Assembly: GCA_012032425.1 (NCBI GenBank)
Contig: JAAUQE010000013.1
Coordinates: 1 to 28,777 of the forward strand
Reading direction: 5' to 3'
DNA: 28,777 bases
DNA from: Leptolyngbya sp. RL_3_1
GTDB taxonomy: Bacteria; Cyanobacteriota; Cyanobacteriia; Phormidesmidales; Phormidesmidaceae
This document shows positions 1-7,719 of this stretch, piece by piece. The notes beneath the pieces are model-generated. The model searched no databases. It had not been told where the DNA came from and saw nothing but the letters and a program-made list of their open reading frames with translations. The number at the start of each line of letters is the position of its first letter. Position 1 is the stretch's first letter. A program made the translations under genes and the position numbers.

Positions 1-550
1 GACGGGCAGCGAAGCCCTCATGGGCACCACATCAGGCCTGAGCATGGCCCCCTACATTCGTGAAGGTCGCCGCATCATTGGCCGCCCCGCCTATGGCCAA
101 GAGGAATTCATGATTCGAGAACAGGACCTCCGCAATGATCTCGCCGGTGGTCGGGACTTTAGCGCCACGACCATCGGCCTCACCCATTACGACATTGATA
201 TCCACGGCTGCAAATACCGCAACGACGAAGAGCCCTTCGAAGCCTCCAGCGCCGGTACCGCCAGCTATTTTGTCCAGCCGCTCCAGGTGCCCTTAGAGAG
301 CTTGATTCCCGTTGGCATCGATAACCTGTTAATCGGTGGCAAGTCCCTGGCGGTGTCCCACATTGCCAACGCCATGACCCGTATCCACCAGGGGGAATGG
401 ATTATCGGGGCCGCTGCCGGTACGACGGCAGGATGGCTGCTGCGCTATGGCCAGCCCGAGGATCTCACCCCAGCTCAAATTGTGACCACCGGACAGATGG
501 GTGACCTCCAGCAATTTTTGAGGGACTCCGGACTCCGGCTGGCCTGGTAA
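1..550 (+). CDS. FAD-dependent oxidoreductase family protein, C-terminal part (5' end lies outside the window)
   Basis: The reading frame is open from the window edge to the stop at 548-550. A Gly-rich stretch GGKSLAVSHIANAMTRIHQGEWIIGAAAG resembles the C-terminal FAD-binding segment of cyanobacterial FAD-dependent oxidoreductases. Assigned from motif memory only. Confidence 0.45.
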   Translation, partial: TGSEALMGTTSGLSMAPYIREGRRIIGRPAYGQEEFMIREQDLRNDLAGGRDFSATTIGLTHYDIDIHGCKYRNDEEPFEASSAGTASYFVQPLQVPLESLIPVGIDNLLIGGKSLAVSHIANAMTRIHQGEWIIGAAAGTTAGWLLRYGQPEDLTPAQIVTTGQMGDLQQFLRDSGLRLAW

Positions 551-648
551 ATGCTAAAAAGCAGCAATCGCTCCAACCCGCTCCGCCCAATATCAACGCT
601 GGATAGCAATATTCGCTATGGTCAAAATGCTGCATCTCTGGAGGTCGT

Positions 649-1128
649 ATGTCAGATAGTCTGCTCAATCCTTTCATGGAAAGTGCGATCGCCCTTTCGA
701 TCAAAGCCCTGCGTTCGGGGCGGGGGGGTCCCTATGGGGCTGTCGTCGTTAGAGATGGTGAAATTATTGGCCGTGGCATGAATGAAGTCACCTCCTTGAA
801 TGACCCCACCGCCCATGCTGAGATGACCGCGATTCGCCAAGCCTGTGACCATATCGGCGATTGGAGCCTCGAAGGCTGCGAACTCTACACCAGTTGCGAA
901 CCCTGCCCAATGTGTATGGGGGCGGTTTATTGGGCGCGTCTGGATCGGGTTTATTACGGTAACACCAAAGAGGTGGCGGCCCGCTTTGGCTTCAACAGTC
1001 AAATTTTTTACGATGAGCTAGCCCTGCCTCGAGACCAGCGCCAGATTCCCATGGAACCGCTGATGGCGGATGAACGATCGCGGTTTTTGAATGAATGGGA
1101 GACGCAAGCAGATAAGGCGGAATATTAG
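649..1128 (+). CDS. guaD: CDA-fold nucleoside deaminase, guanine deaminase (GuaD)-like
   Basis: 159 aa. Zinc-binding motifs HAE(x)TAI and CEPCPMC are present. The overall layout (NDPTAHAEMTAIRQAC ... YTSCEPCPMCMGAVYWARLDRVYYG ... FGFNSQIFYDEL ... KAEY) tracks the small Bacillus-type guanine deaminase more closely than TadA. Confidence 0.75.
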   Translation: MSDSLLNPFMESAIALSIKALRSGRGGPYGAVVVRDGEIIGRGMNEVTSLNDPTAHAEMTAIRQACDHIGDWSLEGCELYTSCEPCPMCMGAVYWARLDRVYYGNTKEVAARFGFNSQIFYDELALPRDQRQIPMEPLMADERSRFLNEWETQADKAEY

Positions 1129-1482
1129 AGGATTTCCGGGACCTATAGGATTTGCCCTCTGAAAAAAGAACACGAAGGCAAGGTCAGCAGCCGTTCCCAG
1201 AAGCTCTGGCACCGCAACTGCACCATTAGTGAGACTAGGTTGATCTGCTGGGCCTCTGTCTGGGTAACCAATTACTGCACAGGGGTGGCACCGCGCTCAA
1301 TATCGGCATCGGTCAACAGCACCTAGTCTGGCCGAACTGGCTGCTGGAGCCGGTACCGAAATCCTTGCTCTAAGGCCCAGAGCTTGCCAGCCCCCCACGG
1401 ATAAGGCGGTCCCCGAGAGGCACGGTCAGTATCCATAGGCTTTCTGGCCCCAGCTATATCAACACCGGTACTTGCGTTAAAT

Positions 1483-1517
1483 CCTGAAGGCTGATACATC
1501 TGAACCATGCCTTCAGG
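1483..1517 (+). promoter_or_regulatory. Hairpin (9 bp stem, 17 nt loop) pairing a GAAGG Shine-Dalgarno-like element with the start codon of the downstream gene
   Basis: CCTGAAGGC at 1483-1491 is the perfect reverse complement of GCCTTCAGG at 1509-1517. The ATG at 1507-1509 overlaps the right arm and GAAGG lies in the left arm. Confidence 0.35.
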
Positions 1518-2034
1518 ACGCACCCACGATCGCATCACCTGGACTTGCCTGCCTCTGGTCGCGATCGTGGGCGGTGTCCTGACGCGTCAATTAGGCCTGA
1601 CGTTACTGATGATGGCAGGCTTCTTATTCGGGGGCTTGATGTTTGGCCCCGATCTTGACGTGCGATCGCGACAAAGTCAGCGTTGGGGCTGGCTGAGTTG
1701 GATTTGGCGACCCTATCGGGGCTACTTGCGCCATCGCTCCTGGCTCTCCCATGGCCCCTTGGCCGGGACCCTGGGGCGCTTACTGTATTTGGGACTGTGG
1801 GCGGCGACCGTCACCCTGCTAGGGTTAGAAATTGCCCATGTCACCGGCCACCTGAGCTTGACTTGGCGAGAGCTGGGCCGCGCCCTGCGCTGGGGGTTAT
1901 GGACCTATCGCGGCCAATGGTTTGCCCTGGGCATTGGCATTGAACTGGGGGCCATGAGCCATTCCATCAGTGATTGGAGCGTTTCCCACTGGCGGCGGGC
2001 TCGATCTCCGTCGAAGCGGCCCCGGCGGCGGTAA
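1507..2034 (+). CDS. DUF2227-like putative metal-binding membrane protein
   Basis: 175 aa starting MPSGRTHDRITW, followed by hydrophobic segments, with His/Trp-rich conserved positions (SHGPLAGT, AMSHSISDWSVSHW). This is typical of the cyanobacterial 'metal-binding protein' family, called from memory. The C-terminus is basic (RRARSPSKRPRRR). Confidence 0.5.
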   Translation: MPSGRTHDRITWTCLPLVAIVGGVLTRQLGLTLLMMAGFLFGGLMFGPDLDVRSRQSQRWGWLSWIWRPYRGYLRHRSWLSHGPLAGTLGRLLYLGLWAATVTLLGLEIAHVTGHLSLTWRELGRALRWGLWTYRGQWFALGIGIELGAMSHSISDWSVSHWRRARSPSKRPRRR

Positions 2035-2191
2035 CCCCCCGTGCAATCAAGTGCAACTCGGCAGGGGGGCGGGGATATGATTTTCGTGTATGTTCCTGAG
2101 GGCGATCCGAGGGGGCTGAAGCCGACTGGCAGCGCTAAACAGCAGCATAACGGCCAGCGCTATACATCCGTTCTGAAGCAGGACTTTTTTG

Positions 2192-3031
2192 ATGGCAACT
2201 CCCGTAACTGATTCGGCGATATTAGCGGCCTTAGATGGCCTGATTACCGTGATTGCGCAACTGCGTCATCCCGAAACTGGCTGCCCCTGGGACCTCAAGC
2301 AAACGCCCCAAACCTTGATTCCCTATGTGATTGAGGAGGCCTATGAGGTGGTGGATGCGCTCCAATTCGGGGACGACAAGGCCATTGCCGAAGAGCTTGG
2401 GGACCTGCTGCTGCAAGTGGTTTTGCAGGCTCAGATCGCCCAAGAGGCCGGAACTTTTGACTTAGGGGCGATCGCCCAGGGCATCACCGACAAACTGATC
2501 CGCCGTCACCCCCATGTGTTTGGCGAGACCACCGTGGCCAATGTCGAGGAGGTAAATCGGAATTGGGACGCCATCAAAGCAGCCGAAAAGGGCGAAGCCC
2601 ACGATCCAAACCGCCTCTCCCCCAAGTTGCGCAAGTACAGCCGCACCCTACCGCCGCTGCTGGCCGCCCTCAAAATCTCTGAAAAGGCGGCCAAGGCTGG
2701 GTTTGAGTGGGAGGACGTGAGCGGGGTCTGGGACAAGTTTGAGGAGGAGTTGCAGGAATTTAAAACCGCCCTAGCGGAAGAGTCCCCCGCTAACCAGGAA
2801 GGGGAGTTGGGGGATCTGCTCTTTACCCTCGTCAATCTAGCCCGATGGCACCATTTAGACCCCAGCGCCGCCCTCCAGGGCACTAATCGTCGCTTTATTG
2901 ATCGCTTTGATCACGTGGAAACCGTGGCGGGACGGCCCCTGGCCGACTATACCCTAGGGGAATTAGAATCCCTGTGGCAGCAGGCTAAAGCCCAGTTGCA
3001 ACCGGATGACTCCCCTCGCCCGGAGCCCTAG
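2192..3031 (+). CDS. mazG: Nucleoside triphosphate pyrophosphohydrolase MazG
   Basis: About 279 aa with two MazG-type EExxE/D repeats (EEAYEVVDAL...EELGDLLLQVV and ELQEFKTALAEE...GELGDLLFTLVNLARW). The ATG at 2192 follows a TTG at 2189. Confidence 0.9.
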   Translation: MATPVTDSAILAALDGLITVIAQLRHPETGCPWDLKQTPQTLIPYVIEEAYEVVDALQFGDDKAIAEELGDLLLQVVLQAQIAQEAGTFDLGAIAQGITDKLIRRHPHVFGETTVANVEEVNRNWDAIKAAEKGEAHDPNRLSPKLRKYSRTLPPLLAALKISEKAAKAGFEWEDVSGVWDKFEEELQEFKTALAEESPANQEGELGDLLFTLVNLARWHHLDPSAALQGTNRRFIDRFDHVETVAGRPLADYTLGELESLWQQAKAQLQPDDSPRPEP

Positions 3032-3292
3032 CGATGATCATTTATCCATTGCCTCTATCTATTGCCTCTATTTACTCAGGCCAAAATCCTGTCTACAGAA
3101 CGGTGATCACCCCCAGCCTGACCCATGGGGGCAAGTAGGCAGTTGCGGTTAAGGGCGATAAGCTATTAACAGACTGAGCTGCGTTGCAGAGTGAAGGCTC
3201 AGTTAACTTCGCACAGGTGTTCGCAATCCACGTTGCAGAGTCAGCGGCAATGGTGCCGTTCTGAATGTCATGTGTCGTTGAGAAGCAGAACT

Positions 3293-3520
3293 GTGAAACA
3301 AACGAATGGTTTGAAGGACATAGACGAGGGCTGGCGGGTCCAGGTCTATGATCGCGATCGCCGCTTAATCTGTCTGCTAGAGCCGTCCCATGGCTGGGTC
3401 TTTTTTTTCGGCTGCGTCACGGGTTTTTTGATTGCAGTGGCGGGTCTGAGTCGCACCGTCACAACCCCACCGCCGAGTCCGGCCATCCCCAGCGATGCGC
3501 CTCCGTTGCAGATTGATTAG
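3293..3520 (+). CDS. Hypothetical small membrane protein (weak call)
   Basis: A GTG at 3293 gives 76 aa with one hydrophobic helix (GWVFFFGCVTGFLIAVAGL) and a Pro-rich tail. The longer ORF from 3191 has a non-protein-like N-terminus. No RBS is visible, and T8 and T6 runs lie inside the coding sequence. Confidence 0.2.
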   Translation: MKQTNGLKDIDEGWRVQVYDRDRRLICLLEPSHGWVFFFGCVTGFLIAVAGLSRTVTTPPPSPAIPSDAPPLQID

Positions 3521-3917
3521 GGGCGGCACCAGCCTCCCCGAGTCATCAGGCTGAGCCGCAGGGCTGGTGTCAGCCTCGGGCACCCTTTCAATGTGCCAGG
3601 TCTTTCTCCAGCGCTATAACTGGCGCGATCGCCCAGGCGGCAATCCCCCTTTGAAATCAGGCAAAAGCATCACAGACGCTCAAATACATAACCTCTACTT
3701 ATCTTTAGGATTTAGCAATCTGTTTCAGATTGAGCTGGGTCAGCGATCAATCCGAAACCTTTAGGTATAGACTTAGCAATATGAAAACCTGAGTCTAGAT
3801 AGATAAAGGTTTATGGTTGGTCAGAGCCAGCAACGGGTGATGGCCAACCTTGCCCGGTTCAGAGAATGGCCATCTCTGGATACCCTATCGACAGGGATTC
3901 ACGTAACACCTGTGCTG

Positions 3918-3946
3918 CGAGGCGATAGCGCTGTTGCCTCGTTTTT
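3918..3946 (+). terminator. Rho-independent terminator-like hairpin with T5 tail inside the 3521-4345 non-coding stretch
   Basis: CGAGGC at 3918-3923, a 12 nt loop, GCCTCG at 3936-3941, then TTTTT at 3942-3946. Further T-runs follow (ctgttttt). Confidence 0.35.
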
Positions 3947-4345
3947 CTCAAGCTGTTTTTAAACCACATCCAAATTGAAAACTTGAGTTTTTCCCCTAGG
4001 GCAAACTACGGGTTAAGACACCTCGGAACGTTTGGTTTTGCGGCCCGCCAGCAAAGTGGCTCGCAGTCTTGTCTTAATCAGGCTGGCGACTGGCATAACC
4101 CAAGCTTGGGGAGAGCTCCCTTCTAACTCCTAACGCAAAAACTCTCCCCTTTTCTCTTGCTGAAAGTTACGTCTCCAGCTCACCAACGGTTAGGGCCGCT
4201 TGGGTCAGCAGCGGTTTTTGGGGCGGACTGGCGGGGTTGGCGACGGCTGTGCGATCGCCAAATTCATGGGGCAGGATCTGCCTTTTGGACGCTGCTGAGT
4301 CGCCAGCACGCTGGATAAAATCTGGGAAACCTCTGCACAAACAGT

Positions 4346-5072
4346 ATGGCTTCCCACACATCGCCTCCTAACGTCCCCAACAGCAACCCAAGTGATGTTG
4401 TTCGCATCGTCCAAGCGATCGCGGCAACCCTCCAAGACGGTCTGAATTGGGTCGGGGATGGGTTGATTGAGTTGGCTTCCCCGACCATTGCTCAGGGCAC
4501 CGACCTGTTGGGAAAAACCGTTGCCCCGATCGCGGATTTTCCCTGGGTTAGGTTTGCCACCGGAGTGCCGGGGTTGAGTTGGCTCCTAGCGGCCCTGGGT
4601 CAAGTCAATGCAGCAGAAATCCGGCAGGCCATCTCAGACCTACGGGTCAAGTACCCCCTCGATAGCAACGAGCAGTTAGCTCAGCGCGTGATCGCCGACG
4701 CGACCGTGCGAGCGGCCCAAGTCGGGCTTGTGACCAACCTACTGCCGCCGTTAGCCGTGCTGTTACTGGCGGTGGATATGGGGGCGATCGCGGCGCTGCA
4801 AGCGGAGATGATCTATCGAATTGCGGCAATTTACGGCTTTTCCCCCAGCGATGCGCGGCGGCGAGGAGAAGTCTTGGCCACTCTGGGGTTTGTCTACGGG
4901 CAGCTCAGGGTTGGCAAAGTCGGGGTTGAGCGTGGTGGAGGTGCTGCCGCTCATCGGTGCGGCAGTGGGGGTGGCATCCGATGCCGCCATTCTCTACGGT
5001 GTAGGCAGTTTGGCCTGCCGCTCTTATCAGGTCCAGGAGATGCAGCAATCGGCGGCGGCTGGACATCCCTGA
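4346..5072 (+). CDS. EcsC-family protein, reading frame broken by an apparent +1 frameshift near 4905-4925
   Basis: Frame 2 (4346-~4920) carries the EcsC-like core (LVTNLLPPLAVLLLAVDMGAIAALQAEMIYRIAAIYGFSPSD..RRRGEVLATLGF). The expected C-terminal block (SGLSVVEVLPLIGAAVGVASDAAILYGVGSLA) is in frame 0 and ends at 5072. The frame-2 tail (VERGGGAAAHRCGSGGG...) is not protein-like. Dropping one G from the GGGG run at 4922-4925 rejoins the frames. Confidence 0.55.
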
Positions 5073-5154
5073 ATCAACACAGCGCCTACGCTTTACTTCT
5101 TCTCGTTGGTCTCCGTCCTTGATCGAGAGCAACACTGCCATGGCTTGCACCAAC

Positions 5155-6669
5155 TTAGCTGACGCAGGCGAGCACTACACGCCATTCTTTTCCATGCTTT
5201 TGTAGCTTTAGGGATCGACATTTGGCCAAAAACTTGGGAAGTCCTTTGGGCTCCCCAATGCGCTTGAGCACTTTGCTCATCGGTTCTTTATGGATCTGGG
5301 CAAAGTGCGTCCCCAAAAGGGATAGGCTTACTTGACCACCGGCTTGATGAGAGGACAAACTCCACAAAAGCTTGATCAACGCCTGCTCTAACGCCTGGGC
5401 CGTTTTAATCGACTTAGGTGTTTTGGTCTGCTGGCCGGATGTCTGAGCCGCTGCTGGTTTTACCGGAGTTGTTTCTTGGGTTGCGTTTAAGGTCACCTGC
5501 ATCTGTTGGCTATCTGGCAAAGGGGATAGCTCAAATGCTGCGTGAGCAGCCAAAAATTGCTTGAAGGTTTGATTGCTAGCGTTGGCTTTTAACGCTTGAT
5601 TAGCTGAAATGCCGTTGCGATCGCGAAAAAGCTTGGCCAAGGTCGCGATTGTAATAGGCTGTTCGGGATTAGCTTGCTGTGCTTGCAATATCAGGATTTT
5701 CAGCCAGCTCCCCATCTGGGATAAAGATGGCGCTTTAACCGTCTCGCCCTCTGGCAAAGGCTGCTGTGCCGGAACGTCTTCAGAAGTTGCCGATTCCGCT
5801 TTTGTTTCGCTAGCCGCTTCCGTTGTCGCCATAACCTGAGGAGGCTCAAAATCATGGGTCGTTTGCGCTGCAATATTCAGCACCTCGAAACGGTCTCCGT
5901 GACGACTGACCCGGTAGGGCGTAATGCCCAAATTGAGCAGTGCATTCTCCAAGTGCAGCAGGTCAGAATCTTTTGAGCAAATAAACACCTCTCGAATAGA
6001 AGGATTGCGGAGGGAGATCACAGTCGCATCCAGGGACATTTTGATATCGGCACTATTCTTCCCTGAGGGCACATGCACCATTTGATAACCCCGCTGATGC
6101 AGTTCCTGATCCCGCTTGCCCAACTTTCCCCAATTGCCAAAGGCGAGATGATAGCGAATCGGATACTGACCAATTTCCTCTAAAAAGTCTTCCAACCCAT
6201 CAGGCAGCTTCATATTCTCAGCATCGAGTAATAGAAGACCAGCATCAGGTGCCCTGGGCGTCATCTCCGTTTCCCCATGAGACCTTTCCGCCTCTACAGA
6301 CTCTAGTTCTTCAGTCACAGCGGGAATCGACGGGGTTTCACTCGCGTTAACGAGCGCCTGCACCCGTTGCAAAACCTGGCCATAGGCTTTTGAGGCTTTG
6401 AACTGAGGCACAAAGACTTGATTAAGGATGCGCTCAACAACCTTCACCAAAGCAGGAAGCGTTGTCTGCCGTTCCAGGGGTTCGATGATTTTAGCGAGAT
6501 GCGTTTCTGGAGAAGCCTTTCGCAACCAAGTTCGGCAGGCATCAGAGAGTAGTGCTGCTTGCCGATCATGTATGGCGATGATAGTTGCGTAAAGCAGGTG
6601 GCCAATCTCTGCACACAGGTCAGAGCTGAGCAACGCAGGGGAGCGGGTCATGTAAAAGGGGCCTGACAA
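5155..6669 (-). CDS. NYN-domain (LabA-like) protein with two C-terminal OST-HTH/LOTUS domains; predicted RNA-binding ribonuclease-like protein
   Basis: 504 aa. The NYN/LabA core spans LLLLDAENMKLP...YHLAFGNW...MVHVPSGKNSADIKMSLDA...EVFICSKDSDLLHL. Two OST-HTH-like repeats follow (ITIATLAKLFRDRNGISANQALK...FKQFL and VSLSLLGTHFAQIHKEPMSKVLKRIGEPKGLPKFL), joined by a low-complexity Ala/Thr/Gln linker. Confidence 0.6.
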   Translation of the reverse strand: MSGPFYMTRSPALLSSDLCAEIGHLLYATIIAIHDRQAALLSDACRTWLRKASPETHLAKIIEPLERQTTLPALVKVVERILNQVFVPQFKASKAYGQVLQRVQALVNASETPSIPAVTEELESVEAERSHGETEMTPRAPDAGLLLLDAENMKLPDGLEDFLEEIGQYPIRYHLAFGNWGKLGKRDQELHQRGYQMVHVPSGKNSADIKMSLDATVISLRNPSIREVFICSKDSDLLHLENALLNLGITPYRVSRHGDRFEVLNIAAQTTHDFEPPQVMATTEAASETKAESATSEDVPAQQPLPEGETVKAPSLSQMGSWLKILILQAQQANPEQPITIATLAKLFRDRNGISANQALKANASNQTFKQFLAAHAAFELSPLPDSQQMQVTLNATQETTPVKPAAAQTSGQQTKTPKSIKTAQALEQALIKLLWSLSSHQAGGQVSLSLLGTHFAQIHKEPMSKVLKRIGEPKGLPKFLAKCRSLKLQKHGKEWRVVLACVS

Positions 6670-6979
6670 ATCGATAATTCAGACTACAGGCCAGAAAACC
6701 CGATTTTCCCAAAGTATGGGGGTGCGGTTTTCCCGTCCTTCTCCCTAATTTACCCATGGTCCATCAAAAGGCCCACCGCCCTCCACTTTGACTGCATACC
6801 TCGACCTGATTGACTGACAAAATTCTTAGCGTAGGTTGGTGCTGAGCGGAGCAAAACTCAATACTGGCAGCACTTTTCCTGATTCACACTAACGCTAACC
6901 CAGCCTACGGCAGAGTGAGGGTTTCAAGGGTTTTTTCAGTAAATCAGTGCCCCGACGACAAAGATGATCGGCACCGATC

Positions 6980-7018
6980 AAAAAAAGACAGAAACCGCAG
7001 TTTCTGTCTTTAGATTTT
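6980..7018 (-). terminator. Strong Rho-independent terminator, structurally bidirectional, 3' of the CP12 gene
   Basis: A7 at 6980-6986, stem GACAGAAAC at 6987-6995, loop CGCA, stem GTTTCTGTC at 7000-7008, then TTTAGATTTT at 7009-7018. Read on the minus strand the hairpin is followed by U7. An adjacent palindrome TGATCGGCACCGATCA lies at 6965-6978. Confidence 0.6.
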
Positions 7019-7120
7019 CCAAGGTGAGAGGGACTCGAAACTCACAACGTAGATCAGAACGCTGAGCCCATCAGCCGATGGCATGGGCTGTTCTGACCTT
7101 CTTGGCCTGATCTTCCTGGC

Positions 7121-7420
7121 CTAATCTTCATAGATGCGACATTCAGGAGCATCGGGATTCGCCTCGCAGTAGCGGGCAAAGGCGGACTTTTTCGACGCTT
7201 GCTGGCGGGTCTTGGCCGTTTGCAATTCTTCGACAGTTTCCCAGGCGATCGCCACGTCGATCACGGTCGTCCCATAGATGTCGGTTAGTCGCCGCGCATG
7301 TTCAAAAGCGACCAGCAATGCGGTATCGAGGGTAGAGCTCGGCTGGGTCGGAATGACGGTCTCACGGGTCGAGCGGTGAGAACGAGCAGCGGTGCGAGGA
7401 GCGGTGGTGGTGTGTGCCAT
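7121..7420 (-). CDS. cp12: CP12 domain protein (Calvin-cycle regulator), variant without the N-terminal Cys pair
   Basis: C-terminal AWETVEEL and YCEANPDAPECRIYED match the CP12 signature AWDxVEEL...YCxxNPxxxECRxYDD. The ATG at 7420 is preceded by GAGGT. The ORF-finder start at 7450 is a TTG. Confidence 0.75.
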   Translation of the reverse strand: MAHTTTAPRTAARSHRSTRETVIPTQPSSTLDTALLVAFEHARRLTDIYGTTVIDVAIAWETVEELQTAKTRQQASKKSAFARYCEANPDAPECRIYED

Positions 7421-7719
7421 GGGAGTGACCTCAACGGCTTTGCGAATCAACTTGAATCTACTTTACCCATAATCTCAGCGAATAGCATCGAGAAAAGATA
7501 TAAGTTTTTTCTATGATTAATCAGGTTTTCTAAACCGTTTGCTAGCCATCACCCGCCATGGCAGAAACCCAATCGGTCAAAGATCTGGAGCCTTGCGGAT
7601 CCCTTAGGAATGAGAATTTAATAAGACTCACAACTTCCTGACGCCCACCCTTCTGCCGGCTTTGGGAGAAGGGGCCGGGAGATGAGGGGGATCGGTATCG
7701 AAACTGATGCCGTCAAGTG

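Noticed and set aside
3191-3292. Longer 109-aa version of the small ORF (start 3191)
   Set aside because: Its N-terminal third (MKAQLTSHRCSQSTLQSQRQWCRSECHVSLRSRT) is not protein-like. Only the GTG-initiated 76-aa version is kept, at low confidence.
3521-4345. Looked for RNase P RNA, tmRNA, 6S RNA and tRNA signatures in the long non-coding stretch, and for tRNA T-loop GTTCGAATC / GTTCAAATC motifs across the whole window
   Set aside because: I found no GGAAAGTCCGGGCTCC-like P4 element, no tmRNA terminal GGGGCTG...CCACCA pattern, and no tRNA T-arm consensus on either strand. A covariance-model scan would be the decisive test.
4167-4488. Three mutually overlapping minus-strand ORFs of 64-76 aa just upstream of the EcsC-like gene
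   Set aside because: They overlap each other in different frames and overlap the EcsC start, with compositionally biased translations. This is typical random ORF noise.
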